A stretch of DNA of 64,000 bases from Candidatus Nomurabacteria bacterium (lineage in GTDB: Bacteria > Patescibacteriota > Minisyncoccia > Phycocordibacterales > CAIZLB01), in NCBI GenBank assembly GCA_943356525.1, contig CALRFG010000006.1, forward strand, positions 4,024-68,023. Direction: 5' to 3'. The translations under genes were made by a program, and so were the position numbers. Positions 9,235 through 20,133 of this stretch are shown in pieces (within the stretch, counting starts at the first letter, position 1; each line of letters opens with the position of its first letter). The notes beneath the pieces are model-generated. The model worked only from the letters and a program-made list of their open reading frames with translations, was not told the origin of the DNA and ran no database searches.

Positions 9235-9456
9235 TTAATTTCCTTTTATAGCATTAAAAATAGTAACAATATCTCGCCATACAAGTATTAGCATCTCTTT
9301 TGTATATGTGATAAATTCTTGCGCCCAAGATTTTGACAAAATTACACCAATATCTAAATTCAAAAACCTAAGCAGTATCAGTGCTATAAAGACAATCACT
9401 ATCAATTCTAAAAAACCACCTTGTTCTCTTTTTGTGATTTGATTATTTTTCTTCAT
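9235..9456 (-). CDS. Small hypothetical membrane protein
   Basis: 73 aa, GGFLELIVIV hydrophobic segment; overlaps the asnB stop. Confidence 0.6.
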   Translation of the reverse strand: MKKNNQITKREQGGFLELIVIVFIALILLRFLNLDIGVILSKSWAQEFITYTKEMLILVWRDIVTIFNAIKGN

Positions 9457-11338
9457 TTATAAATCTATTATACCATAGGGCAAGCATTAATAAAGTAAAG
9501 ATTCTGCGACCTATAAATTTATCATTTAAATTTCTTTTTGTGAATAAATCTTTTATAAATCCCATATTACATATTTCTTGTATCAGTTTATTTTCCAAAA
9601 TAATACTTTGTACTTTTTGACTATCATTCTTTAACCAAGTGTGCCAGGGTGTTGGAAAACCAAGTTTTGGTCTTTTATTTGTTTTATCAGGCATGTCTGA
9701 AGAAAATGCATCACGAAGTATGAATTTTGTTATTCCATTTTTATATTTCCAAGCATCAATCAAACCTGTGGCCACATCAGATACGGCAGTATCCAGAAAT
9801 GGCACACGAAGTTCAAGAGAGTTTGCCATAGTCATCTTATCAGCTTTTTGTAAAATATCCCCTCTCATCCAGTTATGTATATCTGCAAATTGCATATACT
9901 CTGATTCTGAAAGTTTTGTTAAATCTTGATCTTGTAAGTCTAGTCTTGACGTCAAGTCTTGACGAGAATAGTTTTTGAAAAGTTTCTCTTTTTCTGACTC
10001 TTTGAAAATGTTTGCGTTCCCTAAATAACGGCCACGGACTGGAGTAAGTGCACGATTTAAAAATGATACACCTGGAAACTGGGCAAAAACTGGAAACATT
10101 TTGACCGTAAAATTTACAATATCTTGTATAGGTGATAAAAATATTTTTTTAAACCAAACCGGCTGTTGAGATATAAGCTGTATGTATCTATTATGTGGTT
10201 CTTGATATATCCCATATCCTCCAAATAATTCATCAGCACCCTCACCAGACATAACAACTTTAACATCTTTTACAACTTCACGAGACAGTAAGAAAAGCGA
10301 TATTGCAGATGGATCAGCTATAGGCTCATCAAAATACCAAACACATTTTTCAAGAGACTCAAAATAGTCCTCAAAAGTAACGATGATTTCCTTATGGTCT
10401 GATTTTATAAACCCAGCAAATTCTTTTACGTCAGATATCTCAGAATCCAAGTCTTTAAAACCTATGGTATATGTTTTAAGATTTTTACCTTGAGACTGAA
10501 GCTCACGTTGTGCCAGCATAGCAATAATAGATGAATCAACACCGGAAGATAAAAATGAAGCAACAGGAACGTCCGCAATCATATGATGCTTAACAGAGTC
10601 TATCATAACTTTTTTTATCTCATCGCGTGATTTTTCATAATCAGTATCTCGATCGTCGCGAAAATTCCATTGCCAGTATTTTTCTATAGAGTATGCACCA
10701 GTTTCTAGGTCAACTGTTAGCGAGTGACCTGGTGCTAATTTGAAAATATTTTTGAAAAATGTTTCTGGGTTTGGATTGTATTGAAAAGAAACATAGTCAT
10801 AAATGTAGTTAATATTGACATCGCGTTTGATATTTTTATCTTCAAGAATAGATTTTATTTCTGAAGCGAATGCTGAAATTTTTTCATCTTGTAAAGAATA
10901 ATAAAGTGGTTTTATTCCAAAATGATCACGAGCTATAAAAAGTTTATTTCTTCTTTTGTCATGTATAGAGAATACAAACATACCGCGCAGTTTTTTAGGA
11001 AGTTCTGTTCCCCATTCTTCATAGCCATGTACTAGTGTTTCTGTGTCTGACTGAGTTTTAAAAATATGATTTTTATTTTCCAACTCTTTACGAAGTTCAA
11101 GGTGATTGTAAATCTCGCCATTGAAAACCACAGTTATAGTTTGATCCTCGTTCGAGATTGGTTGCTTACCGTGAGCTATATCGATGATGGAAAGACGTCT
11201 CATACCCATAGAAACACCTTCGGTGAAAAACATACCATCGTCATCTGGTCCACGGTGTATGATGCAGTCGAGGGATCGTTTTAAAAGATCTCGGTCCTGA
11301 ATGCTTTTATAATTGATGAATCCAGATATACCACACAT
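9443..11338 (-). CDS. asnB: Asparagine synthase (glutamine-hydrolysing) family amidotransferase
   Basis: MCGISG N-terminal nucleophile, HRGPDD, RRLSIID, FLSSGVDSS, SGEGADELFGGY, LELRVPFLD. Confidence 0.95.
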   Translation of the reverse strand: MCGISGFINYKSIQDRDLLKRSLDCIIHRGPDDDGMFFTEGVSMGMRRLSIIDIAHGKQPISNEDQTITVVFNGEIYNHLELRKELENKNHIFKTQSDTETLVHGYEEWGTELPKKLRGMFVFSIHDKRRNKLFIARDHFGIKPLYYSLQDEKISAFASEIKSILEDKNIKRDVNINYIYDYVSFQYNPNPETFFKNIFKLAPGHSLTVDLETGAYSIEKYWQWNFRDDRDTDYEKSRDEIKKVMIDSVKHHMIADVPVASFLSSGVDSSIIAMLAQRELQSQGKNLKTYTIGFKDLDSEISDVKEFAGFIKSDHKEIIVTFEDYFESLEKCVWYFDEPIADPSAISLFLLSREVVKDVKVVMSGEGADELFGGYGIYQEPHNRYIQLISQQPVWFKKIFLSPIQDIVNFTVKMFPVFAQFPGVSFLNRALTPVRGRYLGNANIFKESEKEKLFKNYSRQDLTSRLDLQDQDLTKLSESEYMQFADIHNWMRGDILQKADKMTMANSLELRVPFLDTAVSDVATGLIDAWKYKNGITKFILRDAFSSDMPDKTNKRPKLGFPTPWHTWLKNDSQKVQSIILENKLIQEICNMGFIKDLFTKRNLNDKFIGRRIFTLLMLALWYNRFINEEK

Positions 11339-11354
11339 GGTTATTATGTTATCA

Positions 11355-11385
11355 AAAAAGAGACTGTTTATATAGTCTCTTTTTG
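11355..11385 (-). terminator. Intrinsic terminator after dnaK
   Basis: aaaaagagact...agtctcttttt inverted repeat. Confidence 0.7.
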
Positions 11386-11403
11386 TTTTATAGTTTTATA
11401 AAC

Positions 11404-13305
11404 TTATTTTACCTCCGCATCCTTAACATCACCCTCTGGAGCTGGACCATTTTCAGGACCGGCACCTGCTGCACCTTCTGTTGGACCTGCAGCATTATCT
11501 TGATTTGCCTTCGAAATCTCATCATGTACCTTAGCCAATTCCATTGATAAAGCATCTGTATCAGTTTTGATAACATCCATATCATCTTTATCTTTAGATA
11601 GTCTCAAGGCTCCTATTTTAGTCTCTACGCTTGCCACAAGCTCAGCACTCAACTTATCCTTACTTTCTCTCAAACTCTTCTCAGCAGTGTATATAGCTTG
11701 ATCTGCAGTGTTTCTAACCTCAATCAATTCTTTCTTTTTCTTATCCTCACCTTCATGTGCTTCAGCCTCTTTTTTCATACGCTCGATATCATCTTTTGAA
11801 AGACCTGTTGAAGCTTCGATACGAATAGTATTTTCTTTTCCTGAAGCTTTGTCTTTTGCTTTCACGTTTAAGATACCGTTAGCATCAACATCAAATGTAA
11901 CTTCAACTTGAGGAATACCTCTTGGTGCTGGTGGTATACCATCAAGAACAAAACGTCCTAGGGATTTGTTGTCAGTCGCCATAGCTCTTTCACCTTGAAC
12001 GATATGAATCTCTGTTGATGTTTGATTGTCTGCAGCTGTTGAGAATACTTGTGAACGAGATGTTGGTATAGTTGTATTTCTCTCTATAAGGTGAGTAGCA
12101 ACTCCTCCCATGGTTTCTATACCAAGTGAAAGTGGAATAACATCAAGTAGAAGAATATCTTTAACATCTCCTCCTAAAATACCTCCTTGAACAGCAGCAC
12201 CAAGTGCCACAACTTCATCAGGGTTGATTGATTGATTCGGCTCACGACCAAATAATTCTTTTACAACCTCTTTCATTTTAGGCATACGAGTTTGACCTCC
12301 AACTAATATAACTTCTTGTATGTCTGCAATCTTATATGGTGAAGCCTCTATAGCTCTTTTTGTTATCTGTATAGCACGAGTTATAAATTCGTCGGCTAAC
12401 TCTTCAAGTTTTGCACGAGTCATTTTCAAAACAAGATGTTTTGGTCCTGCTGCATCAGATGTAATAAAAGGGATATTAATCTCAGTGTCTATAGCAGATG
12501 AAAGCTCTATCTTTGCTTTTTCCGCAGCTTCATCTAGACGCTGTAATGCAAGGGCATCAGTTCTAACGTCGATACCTGATTCTTTTTTAAATTCATCAGC
12601 GATCCAATGTATAATTTTTTGATCAATGTCTTTACCGCCCAAGTGAGCATCTCCATCTGTTGATTTTACCTCAACAAGATCAGCGGCAACCTCAAGTATA
12701 GAGATATCAAATGTTCCACCTCCAAAGTCAAACACCGCTATCTTCTCATCGGCTTTCTTATTAAATCCATAGGCAAGTGCCGCAGCTGTTGGTTCATTGA
12801 TGATACGTTTAACATCCAAACCTGCAATACGACCTGCATCTTTTGTAGCTTGTCTTTGTGCATCGTTAAAGTATGCAGGAACTGTGATAACAGCTTCTGT
12901 GATCTTTTCACCTACTCTCGCCTCAGCGTCATTTTTAAGCTTTGTTAAAATCATAGCCGACACTTCTTCTGGTGTATAAGTTTTTTCAGCCATAACAATA
13001 CCAACACCATTTGTATCAGTTTTCACTATAGCAAAAGGAACAGTGTCTTTATCTTTTTGAACATTATTTTCATCAAATGAATGACCGATAAATCTTTTAA
13101 TACCAAAAACAGTATTTTTAGGGTTTGTAACACCTTGTCTTTTTGCCAATAATCCTACAAGTCTTTCACCTGTTTTAGATATAGCAACAATAGACGGTGT
13201 TGTACGTGCACCTTCTGCATTTTCCAATATTTTAGGCTCACCTACCTCCATGATAGCGACAGCTGAGTTTGTTGTTCCTAAATCGATTCCTAGTATTTTT
13301 ACCAT
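11404..13305 (-). CDS. dnaK: Chaperone DnaK
   Basis: [46 protein letters not shown]. Confidence 0.99.
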   Translation of the reverse strand: MVKILGIDLGTTNSAVAIMEVGEPKILENAEGARTTPSIVAISKTGERLVGLLAKRQGVTNPKNTVFGIKRFIGHSFDENNVQKDKDTVPFAIVKTDTNGVGIVMAEKTYTPEEVSAMILTKLKNDAEARVGEKITEAVITVPAYFNDAQRQATKDAGRIAGLDVKRIINEPTAAALAYGFNKKADEKIAVFDFGGGTFDISILEVAADLVEVKSTDGDAHLGGKDIDQKIIHWIADEFKKESGIDVRTDALALQRLDEAAEKAKIELSSAIDTEINIPFITSDAAGPKHLVLKMTRAKLEELADEFITRAIQITKRAIEASPYKIADIQEVILVGGQTRMPKMKEVVKELFGREPNQSINPDEVVALGAAVQGGILGGDVKDILLLDVIPLSLGIETMGGVATHLIERNTTIPTSRSQVFSTAADNQTSTEIHIVQGERAMATDNKSLGRFVLDGIPPAPRGIPQVEVTFDVDANGILNVKAKDKASGKENTIRIEASTGLSKDDIERMKKEAEAHEGEDKKKKELIEVRNTADQAIYTAEKSLRESKDKLSAELVASVETKIGALRLSKDKDDMDVIKTDTDALSMELAKVHDEISKANQDNAAGPTEGAAGAGPENGPAPEGDVKDAEVK

Positions 13306-13381
13306 ATTTTGTATTTGTTTTTTGTTTATTTATTAATATTATTATTAATTGTACCCTCTATTATACACCATGTGTCAAGTC

Positions 13382-13984
13382 CTATTCGAACTGATAAACT
13401 TTCACCAATGCAACCCTTATAACCTTGTCATGAAGTTTATAGCCTTTTTGCATAATCATTGATACTTTATGATCTTTTAAACCATCATCGGTTTTTTCTT
13501 GACCTAAAGCTTCGTGTATTTTAGGATCAAATTCGTCCCCTATTTTTCCATATGATTCAACTCCAGTCTTTTGTAATGTTACATATATCTTATCTATTAT
13601 AGCCTCTATACCTTTTCTCCAAGCTTCGTCAACGCTAGTCCATGTCGGTTGCATTTTAGCTTGTTCATATCCATCAATGATTGGTAATAAATCATTTACA
13701 AGTATTTGATTGGAAAATTTGATAACATCGGCTTTTGTTTCTTCATCTCTTTTTCTAGCGTTAATAAAATCAGCCTTATCTTTTTGCCAGTTTGTTAAAA
13801 GTTCGAGTTTTTCTTGCTTAACTTGTTTTAGTTCATCTTTAAGCTTTTTAATGGCGTTTTTAGGGTTTTCTGACTCATCTTCGGATATGATATCGTCTTC
13901 GTCATTATCAAGCTCTATATCAAGATCATTTTTTAAATCTGCATCAAGGTCGATTTTTATCTCATCACTATTATCATTATTCAT
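13382..13984 (-). CDS. grpE: Nucleotide exchange factor GrpE
   Basis: ADFINARKR, FDPKIHEA, QKGYKLHDKVIR; upstream of dnaK. Confidence 0.95.
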   Translation of the reverse strand: MNNDNSDEIKIDLDADLKNDLDIELDNDEDDIISEDESENPKNAIKKLKDELKQVKQEKLELLTNWQKDKADFINARKRDEETKADVIKFSNQILVNDLLPIIDGYEQAKMQPTWTSVDEAWRKGIEAIIDKIYVTLQKTGVESYGKIGDEFDPKIHEALGQEKTDDGLKDHKVSMIMQKGYKLHDKVIRVALVKVYQFE

Positions 13985-14052
13985 AGAACTATTATACCTT
14001 ACAAAACAAAAAATTCCATTGTGTAGTGGAATTTTTTCTTGTGTAATTGAAG

Positions 14053-16275
14053 CTATTTAATCACTCCTCTAGTTAATGGACCGAAGAACCCGACGGCAGG
14101 GGTGATCTTCATAGCTTTTTGAAACTTTATCAGTGCTGCCTTTGTTGCGGGTCCGAAGAGGCCGGTTTCCTTGCCTTTAGATCCGACGCCTGACAGAGCT
14201 ATGATGAATCCTTTTGAGTTTAGGTATTGCTGTAATCTTTTCACATCATCCCCTTTCGCACCTTGAGTGAGGGATCGTGAGAATGGCATATAAGCCGTCA
14301 CAGAAGTGGAAGATGCTACTGAGCTAGGTAGTAGTGATGCAGGTACAAATCTAATACCTGATGAAGAACCAGGTGTCCAATACGAGACTGAGTTTGCGAT
14401 ATCATTTGGAACTGTTAACATAACAGCTGTTGATGATGCCGATTGACCTCCGATATTAGTAGCAGTTATGTAATACAAATAAGTACTACCTTTTGTAAGA
14501 TTTGATATGCTGTACGTTGTATTGTTTGATGTTGTGGTGGCTATAAGTGCATTTGTATCAGTATTGTAAATATTATATTGAGTAGGTGGTGCGACAGGAT
14601 CAACAACTAAAGGCGCTGACCAAGTCAATGTTGCAGAAGTTCCTGAAACTGAAGCAGATAGGGCTGTCGGGGTATCTGCCGGCGAGGCATACAACGTTGC
14701 TAATATGTTAGATTCGATCATACTTCTAAAAACCTCAGAATGTCCGTAATTGTTAATATGAATCGTGTCAGCAACAAATCCCAAATAACTATCTCCGAAG
14801 GGAGATTTTATGGTTGCATCTGGGTTTGCTACCCTTGAAAACATATCAATACCTCTAGATGTATTACTTTGGGTTGATGTTCCGTATTCTGTTAGAATAG
14901 CATTTGAATACCCTGTTAATAAAAGTAACTTTGGTGCGGTCAAATTTCTTCCTGAAGAGGTTGTTATCCAAACAGGCACATTGGCAGCCCTGGCAGTTTC
15001 AACAATTGTTCTTATATATCCAGTTGATGATGCTATAGGAAAATTAAAATTAGCATCGTTGGAAGTGTAGTTTATTAATATAGCATTAGGATTTTGAGCA
15101 AGTGCAGCCGTTATGTTTCTTGTTGAATCTTCCCCTCCAGAGCCTGTCGGTAGAGATTTATTTGTAGTATATCCAGCTAATGCAAGATTAACAACACTGG
15201 AGCTGGCATTATATAATTTTGCATATTTTTCAAAAAGTCTTACCCAAGAGTTTTCATATATTCCACCTGGTATTGGCATAGAACCATACCCCTCAGCCGT
15301 GGAAGAACCCAACACAACAAACTTTTTTGCAGGACGTACAGATGGAAGAGTTGCTGGTAAAACTGTCACGTCTACATCATCGTAAACAACAGATCCACTG
15401 TTATCAACAGCTGTCATTCTGAAAGTATATTTTCCTGGATAAAGATTACTTACTGTGGTTGATGTAGCTGTAGAGCTCGCAAAAGTTGCATAAGCATCAC
15501 CAAACAAAGACCACGCTTTTGAAGTTATGGTTCCATCAGAATCAGTCACTGTGGAGTTAAGTGTTATAGAGTTTGTTGGATAAGTTATGGTTATATCTGT
15601 ACCAGCATCAACTACTGGGGGTAGGTTTGGTGTATTAGCTATAAGCTCAATAACATTTAGATGGTGATATTGCCCCGCTGATCCTGATGTAAAAGTTGCC
15701 TCTATACTACTTGTTGCACTTGGAGTTATGTTTGATATTTGAGCCGTGTTAGCTGTGTTATTTATAGACTCCAAAGTTGTTGAGGCACTTCCTATGGTCA
15801 TTTTTATCAACCTTGAACCAGAAAATGTTCTAGATGAAAACAATTTAACATTGTATGTATATGCTGGATTAAGACCATTGAAAACAAGCGTACTTTTGAA
15901 GTTACCAATACATCCACCCAAACCATCATATACATAGTCGTTTGTTGCGTTTGCAGGATACCCTGTTGTCGTAACTGTGGGAGCACCGTTACCCATACTC
16001 AATGTTTCGCCTGCACCGCAAGTTGGCGCATCAGAAAAATACATGACAACTGTAGATGTTGCACCCAAAGAGTCAATAAGCGAAGTTATTCCGGTGTATG
16101 GGGTCCCGAGAGAGTTGGGCCAGCTATTCCAATATTCTCCGTTTGTAGGGTTTACTGTGTTTATGTAACCAAAATCTATCTTATATACACCATTGTCCGC
16201 CAAAGCTTCGTTTGATATAAAAGAAATAACAACAAAAAAACATATTGAAAGAAATTTCCTGAAGTATAGACTCAT
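14053..16275 (-). CDS. Secreted multidomain protein: PKD-like + SGNH/GDSL hydrolase + FN3 + C-terminal peptidoglycan-binding domain
   Basis: Signal peptide; PPVVDAGTD PKD-like start; VVLGSST, NLALAG, SND and DTIH SGNH blocks; FN3 (LTWSAP...YITATN); DVKRLQQYLN...GPATKAALIKFQ PG-binding. Confidence 0.78.
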   Translation of the reverse strand: MSLYFRKFLSICFFVVISFISNEALADNGVYKIDFGYINTVNPTNGEYWNSWPNSLGTPYTGITSLIDSLGATSTVVMYFSDAPTCGAGETLSMGNGAPTVTTTGYPANATNDYVYDGLGGCIGNFKSTLVFNGLNPAYTYNVKLFSSRTFSGSRLIKMTIGSASTTLESINNTANTAQISNITPSATSSIEATFTSGSAGQYHHLNVIELIANTPNLPPVVDAGTDITITYPTNSITLNSTVTDSDGTITSKAWSLFGDAYATFASSTATSTTVSNLYPGKYTFRMTAVDNSGSVVYDDVDVTVLPATLPSVRPAKKFVVLGSSTAEGYGSMPIPGGIYENSWVRLFEKYAKLYNASSSVVNLALAGYTTNKSLPTGSGGEDSTRNITAALAQNPNAILINYTSNDANFNFPIASSTGYIRTIVETARAANVPVWITTSSGRNLTAPKLLLLTGYSNAILTEYGTSTQSNTSRGIDMFSRVANPDATIKSPFGDSYLGFVADTIHINNYGHSEVFRSMIESNILATLYASPADTPTALSASVSGTSATLTWSAPLVVDPVAPPTQYNIYNTDTNALIATTTSNNTTYSISNLTKGSTYLYYITATNIGGQSASSTAVMLTVPNDIANSVSYWTPGSSSGIRFVPASLLPSSVASSTSVTAYMPFSRSLTQGAKGDDVKRLQQYLNSKGFIIALSGVGSKGKETGLFGPATKAALIKFQKAMKITPAVGFFGPLTRGVIK

Positions 16276-16354
16276 TTGCTATATTATACAAAAATAAATC
16301 TTAAAAGTAAATAACGCATTGTATAATGCGCTTTTTAGTTTGGAAAAACGTTGA

Positions 16355-16762
16355 TTAACGTTTTGACCACTGTTTACTCTTTCTCGCTTTCTTCAAACCG
16401 AATTTTCTTCTTTCTTTAGCTCTACCATCTCTTGTTAGAAATCCTTCTTTTTTAAGTGGAGCTCTAAGCTCTGCATCAAACACTTCAAGTGCGCGTGCAA
16501 TACCAAGTCTCACTGACTCCGCTTGACCGTTTATACCACCTCCTGAAACTTTAACTGTAATCTCAAAAGATTTATCAGGTAGAGTTTTTACAAGAGATTC
16601 TATAGATAGATTTTGTAATTCTTTAGTTTTAAAATAGTCAGTATGTTCTTTATCATTAACAACTACAGTTGTTTTTGATGAAGGAGTTATACGAACTCTT
16701 GCAGAAGATGTTTTTCTTCTTCCTACCGCTTCATAGTATTTTGATGTTGATTTTGTTGCCAT
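16355..16762 (-). CDS. rpsI: 30S ribosomal protein S9
   Basis: GRRKTSSARV, GGGINGQ, ERRKFGLKKARK..QWSKR. Confidence 0.98.
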   Translation of the reverse strand: MATKSTSKYYEAVGRRKTSSARVRITPSSKTTVVVNDKEHTDYFKTKELQNLSIESLVKTLPDKSFEITVKVSGGGINGQAESVRLGIARALEVFDAELRAPLKKEGFLTRDGRAKERRKFGLKKARKSKQWSKR

Positions 16763-16785
16763 GGTATTTATTAAATTAAATAGTA

Positions 16786-17136
16786 TTATTTAGTTATTTC
16801 TATATTTAAAAGCATTCTATCTCTAAGTTTGTTTTTTGGTAACATACGAGATACTGCACGAACTATAACTTCCTCTACTCCTTTTCTTTCTAGTAGATGT
16901 CCTAGGAATTCTTTCTTTTGTCCACCTGGATATCCAGAATAGGTTAGATAATATTTCTCATCTTTTTTCTTATCAGTTATATCAAGCTTAGAAGCATTTA
17001 CAACTAAAACCTCTACTGGAGCTACAGTATTTTTTGCAAAGTCTACTGAGTTTTTACCCATAAGAACCACAGCCACTTCTTGTGCTAGAAATCCTAATCT
17101 TTTATTTGTTGCGTCTATTGTGTATTTTTTTATCAT
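16786..17136 (-). CDS. rplM: 50S ribosomal protein L13
   Basis: IDATNKRLG, YSGYPGG, RMLPKNKL; precedes rpsI. Confidence 0.96.
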   Translation of the reverse strand: MIKKYTIDATNKRLGFLAQEVAVVLMGKNSVDFAKNTVAPVEVLVVNASKLDITDKKKDEKYYLTYSGYPGGQKKEFLGHLLERKGVEEVIVRAVSRMLPKNKLRDRMLLNIEITK

Positions 17137-17149
17137 TTTATTATATTTA

Positions 17150-17500
17150 TTATACTAATTCTATAACAGCCATAAATGCTCCGTCAGCTTGTCTTTGACC
17201 TGTTTTAATAATTCTTGTATAACCACCATTTCTATCTATGTACTTTGGAGCTATCTCTGAAAACAATTTTCCAACTATATCGTTGTTTGCCATTCTTTTA
17301 AGAACATCACGTCTTGACGCAACTGTATCAACTCTAGCTTTTGTTATAAAATCTTCAGCATAAGGTCTAAGTTCTTTAGCTTTTGCCAATGTAGTTTGGA
17401 TTTTGCCATGTAGGAAAAATTCACGTACCAAAGATCTAATCAAAGCTTTTCTTTGATTTCTTCCTCTATTGAATCTTCTGTTTGCGTTGTGATGTCTCAT
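17150..17500 (-). CDS. rplQ: 50S ribosomal protein L17
   Basis: MRHH, TTLAKAKELR, RNGGYTRIIK. Confidence 0.98.
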   Translation of the reverse strand: MRHHNANRRFNRGRNQRKALIRSLVREFFLHGKIQTTLAKAKELRPYAEDFITKARVDTVASRRDVLKRMANNDIVGKLFSEIAPKYIDRNGGYTRIIKTGQRQADGAFMAVIELV

Positions 17501-17543
17501 AGTCTTGTAAATATATCTTAAATATTGTTAAAAATCAAGCTTT

Positions 17544-18521
17544 TTATTCTTTTATTGTTAAATCAAATTTTGCTAATATTTCTTTAAGCTCGTCTATCCC
17601 TTTTTTACCCATACCATCAACATCTAGTAGGTCTTTTTCTTTTTTTCGGATCAAACCTCCTATAGTTCTGATATTGGCTTCGATAAGTGCATTTATGGTT
17701 CTTTGACTTATTTCAAGTGACTCAATACGAGTTTTTAAAACATCATCTAGAACATCTTTATCTAGCTTATTTTCTTCACTTTCTTTATCATCTTCTTTCT
17801 TACCTTCAACCTCTTCTTTTACAACCTCAATATCTTGAAAATCAATAATAGCTTTTAGTTGATATATCATGATTTCGATTGATTTCTCTAAAGCCTTTTT
17901 TGGAGTTATTGATCCGTCTGTTTCTACATTTATAACAAGTCTGTTGAAATCAGTTCTGTCACCAACACGCATTTGATCAACATCATATGATACATTTACT
18001 ATAGGAGAGAAAGCTGCATCTAATGCAATAGACTCTACTGGTACCCTTTCTTTTTGCAATACTTCACGTGATACGTAACCTATACCGTTTGACAGTGTGA
18101 TCTCCATTTGTAGAACAGCGTCTGATTCTGTTATAGTTGCAATATATTGATCAGGAGTAAGAACTTCAACTTGACCAGCAACATCTATATCAGCTGCAGT
18201 AACAGCACCAACACCTTTTTTCTTTAGAGTTAGAACAACTTCATCTCCCGCACTTATAGAAAATTTGATTTTCTTAAGATTTAAAATCATAGAGATAACA
18301 TCTTCTTTTATACCTTTTATAGTAGAAAATTCATGTGGTATACCGTTAATCTTTATAGAAGTTATAGCTGCACCTGGTAGAGATGACAGTATAATACGAC
18401 GAAGAGAGTTTCCTAGTGTATGGCCGTAACCTGGATACAAACCTCCTATCTCATAACTTCCTTTATTACCATCTTCTTTTATTATTTTTGGCTTTGACGG
18501 TGATACTATTGATGTGTTCAT
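17544..18521 (-). CDS. rpoA: RNA polymerase alpha subunit
   Basis: GYGHTLGNSLRRIILSSLPG, HEFSTI, RVGDRTDF, alpha-CTD. Confidence 0.98.
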   Translation of the reverse strand: MNTSIVSPSKPKIIKEDGNKGSYEIGGLYPGYGHTLGNSLRRIILSSLPGAAITSIKINGIPHEFSTIKGIKEDVISMILNLKKIKFSISAGDEVVLTLKKKGVGAVTAADIDVAGQVEVLTPDQYIATITESDAVLQMEITLSNGIGYVSREVLQKERVPVESIALDAAFSPIVNVSYDVDQMRVGDRTDFNRLVINVETDGSITPKKALEKSIEIMIYQLKAIIDFQDIEVVKEEVEGKKEDDKESEENKLDKDVLDDVLKTRIESLEISQRTINALIEANIRTIGGLIRKKEKDLLDVDGMGKKGIDELKEILAKFDLTIKE

Positions 18522-18567
18522 AATTTTGTTTTTATTTTTATTTAAATTAAGTAACTATTAATTTATC

Positions 18568-19176
18568 TTATCTCTTTGAGAACTCTATCACTTGACCTAG
18601 ATCAAATAATACATCTTGTCCTGTCAGTGTCGGCATTTTCAAAACTTTTCCTGTCATTTTATCTGTATCAAATGATAACCAATCTTGTACTGTATTAGTT
18701 TTATTTCTTTCCGCAACTTCTGCAAAAGTTTTAGTTTTCTTACTTCCTTCACGCACCGCTATAATATCACCTTCCTTAACAACAGCTGAAGGAATAGTAG
18801 TTTTTACACCGTTCAATGTTATATGACCATGTGAAACAATTTGTCTTGCAAAACGTCTAGTGTTTGACAAACCCATACGATAAACAACGTTGTCCAATCT
18901 TGTTTCTAGTTTCTTATATAAATCATCTGGGGCGTGAATAGTTTTAGAGTCAATAACTTGTTTTATGTATTTTCCAAATTGTCCAGCTGTAATACCATAT
19001 GTAAATCTAGCTTTTTGCTTTTCAATCAACTGAAGACCATAAGAAGAAACGTTTTTCTTTCCTTTTTTACCCTTTGGAGCGTTTTCTAGTTTAAGTCTAA
19101 ATTTTTGAGTTTGAGTTTTCTCAAAAATTGGGGCACCTAATCTTTTAGCTATTTTATATTTTGGACCGATTTTCAT
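18568..19176 (-). CDS. rpsD: 30S ribosomal protein S4
   Basis: YGLQLIEKQK, LETRLDNVVYR, ARQIVSHGH. Confidence 0.98.
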   Translation of the reverse strand: MKIGPKYKIAKRLGAPIFEKTQTQKFRLKLENAPKGKKGKKNVSSYGLQLIEKQKARFTYGITAGQFGKYIKQVIDSKTIHAPDDLYKKLETRLDNVVYRMGLSNTRRFARQIVSHGHITLNGVKTTIPSAVVKEGDIIAVREGSKKTKTFAEVAERNKTNTVQDWLSFDTDKMTGKVLKMPTLTGQDVLFDLGQVIEFSKR

Positions 19177-19220
19177 ATTTGTTTAATTTATTATTATAAT
19201 TATTTAAATGACTATGTTGA

Positions 19221-19637
19221 CTAGATTCTTCTAGGCTTCTTAGGTTTAGGACCATTGTGAGGCACAGGAGTTCTGTCTTTTATAGTATCTATTGCAATAC
19301 CTTTAGATATAAATGATCTAACTACTGATTCACGGCCTGAACCTGTTCCTTTTATAACAACACCCACTTCTTTAACACCCATCATTATAGCTTTGTCAGC
19401 TAGAACTTCACCAATCTTTGCAGCTGCGAATGGTGTACCTTTTTTAGCACCATTGAAACCAAGTGAACCTGATGAAGAAGATGCTACCGGATTTCCTTTT
19501 TCGTCTGTAAGTACAACTTTAGTATTGTTATATGTAGATTGTATGTTTAAAACAGCATAAGCCATTTTTCTTTTACTTAGCTTGTTTGCAGATGTTTTTG
19601 CATCTTTTGCTGTTTTTTTAACTATTTTTTTTGCCAT
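19221..19637 (-). CDS. rpsK: 30S ribosomal protein S11
   Basis: STYNNT, KKGTPFAA, TPVPHNG. Confidence 0.98.
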   Translation of the reverse strand: MAKKIVKKTAKDAKTSANKLSKRKMAYAVLNIQSTYNNTKVVLTDEKGNPVASSSSGSLGFNGAKKGTPFAAAKIGEVLADKAIMMGVKEVGVVIKGTGSGRESVVRSFISKGIAIDTIKDRTPVPHNGPKPKKPRRI

Positions 19638-19675
19638 GATATTGAATATTAATATTAATTATTTGTGTCTATTTT

Positions 19676-20053
19676 TTATTTTTTAGTCTCTTTCTTTTTA
19701 CCAGAACCCATAGTCTTTTTAACACCCTTCAGAGTACGTGCATTTGACTTTGTTCTTTGTCCACGAACAGGTAATCTTTTTGTATGTCTAACACCTCTAT
19801 ATGATTTTATATCTTTCAATCTCTTTATATTTGTACCAATCTCTCTTTTTAAATCAGCTTCGAGTTTAAAAACTTCGATTTCTGTACGAATTGTATTTTC
19901 CTCTTCAATTGTTAATTCTTTTGGTTTTCTACCATACTCTATACCAGCTTTATCCAATATAGTATGAGCACGTGACCTTCCTATACCGAAAACAGCAGTT
20001 AAAGCCATTTCTATTCTTTGATTATCGTTAAGATTTATACCTAGTATACGCAT
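19676..20053 (-). CDS. rpsM: 30S ribosomal protein S13
   Basis: LTAVFGIG, SYRGVRH, LPVRGQRTKSNART. Confidence 0.98.
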   Translation of the reverse strand: MRILGINLNDNQRIEMALTAVFGIGRSRAHTILDKAGIEYGRKPKELTIEEENTIRTEIEVFKLEADLKREIGTNIKRLKDIKSYRGVRHTKRLPVRGQRTKSNARTLKGVKKTMGSGKKKETKK

Positions 20054-20133
20054 GAAATTGTTTAGTTTTGTTGAATTTTGTTAATTAATAAATAGTAAGA
20101 AAAGCATAGCACAAATAATATTGGCAATCAAGT

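Noticed and set aside
11708-12979. Antisense ORFs inside dnaK (likewise inside gyrA, mreB, asnB and others)
   Set aside because: Shadow frames of well-supported genes on the opposite strand.
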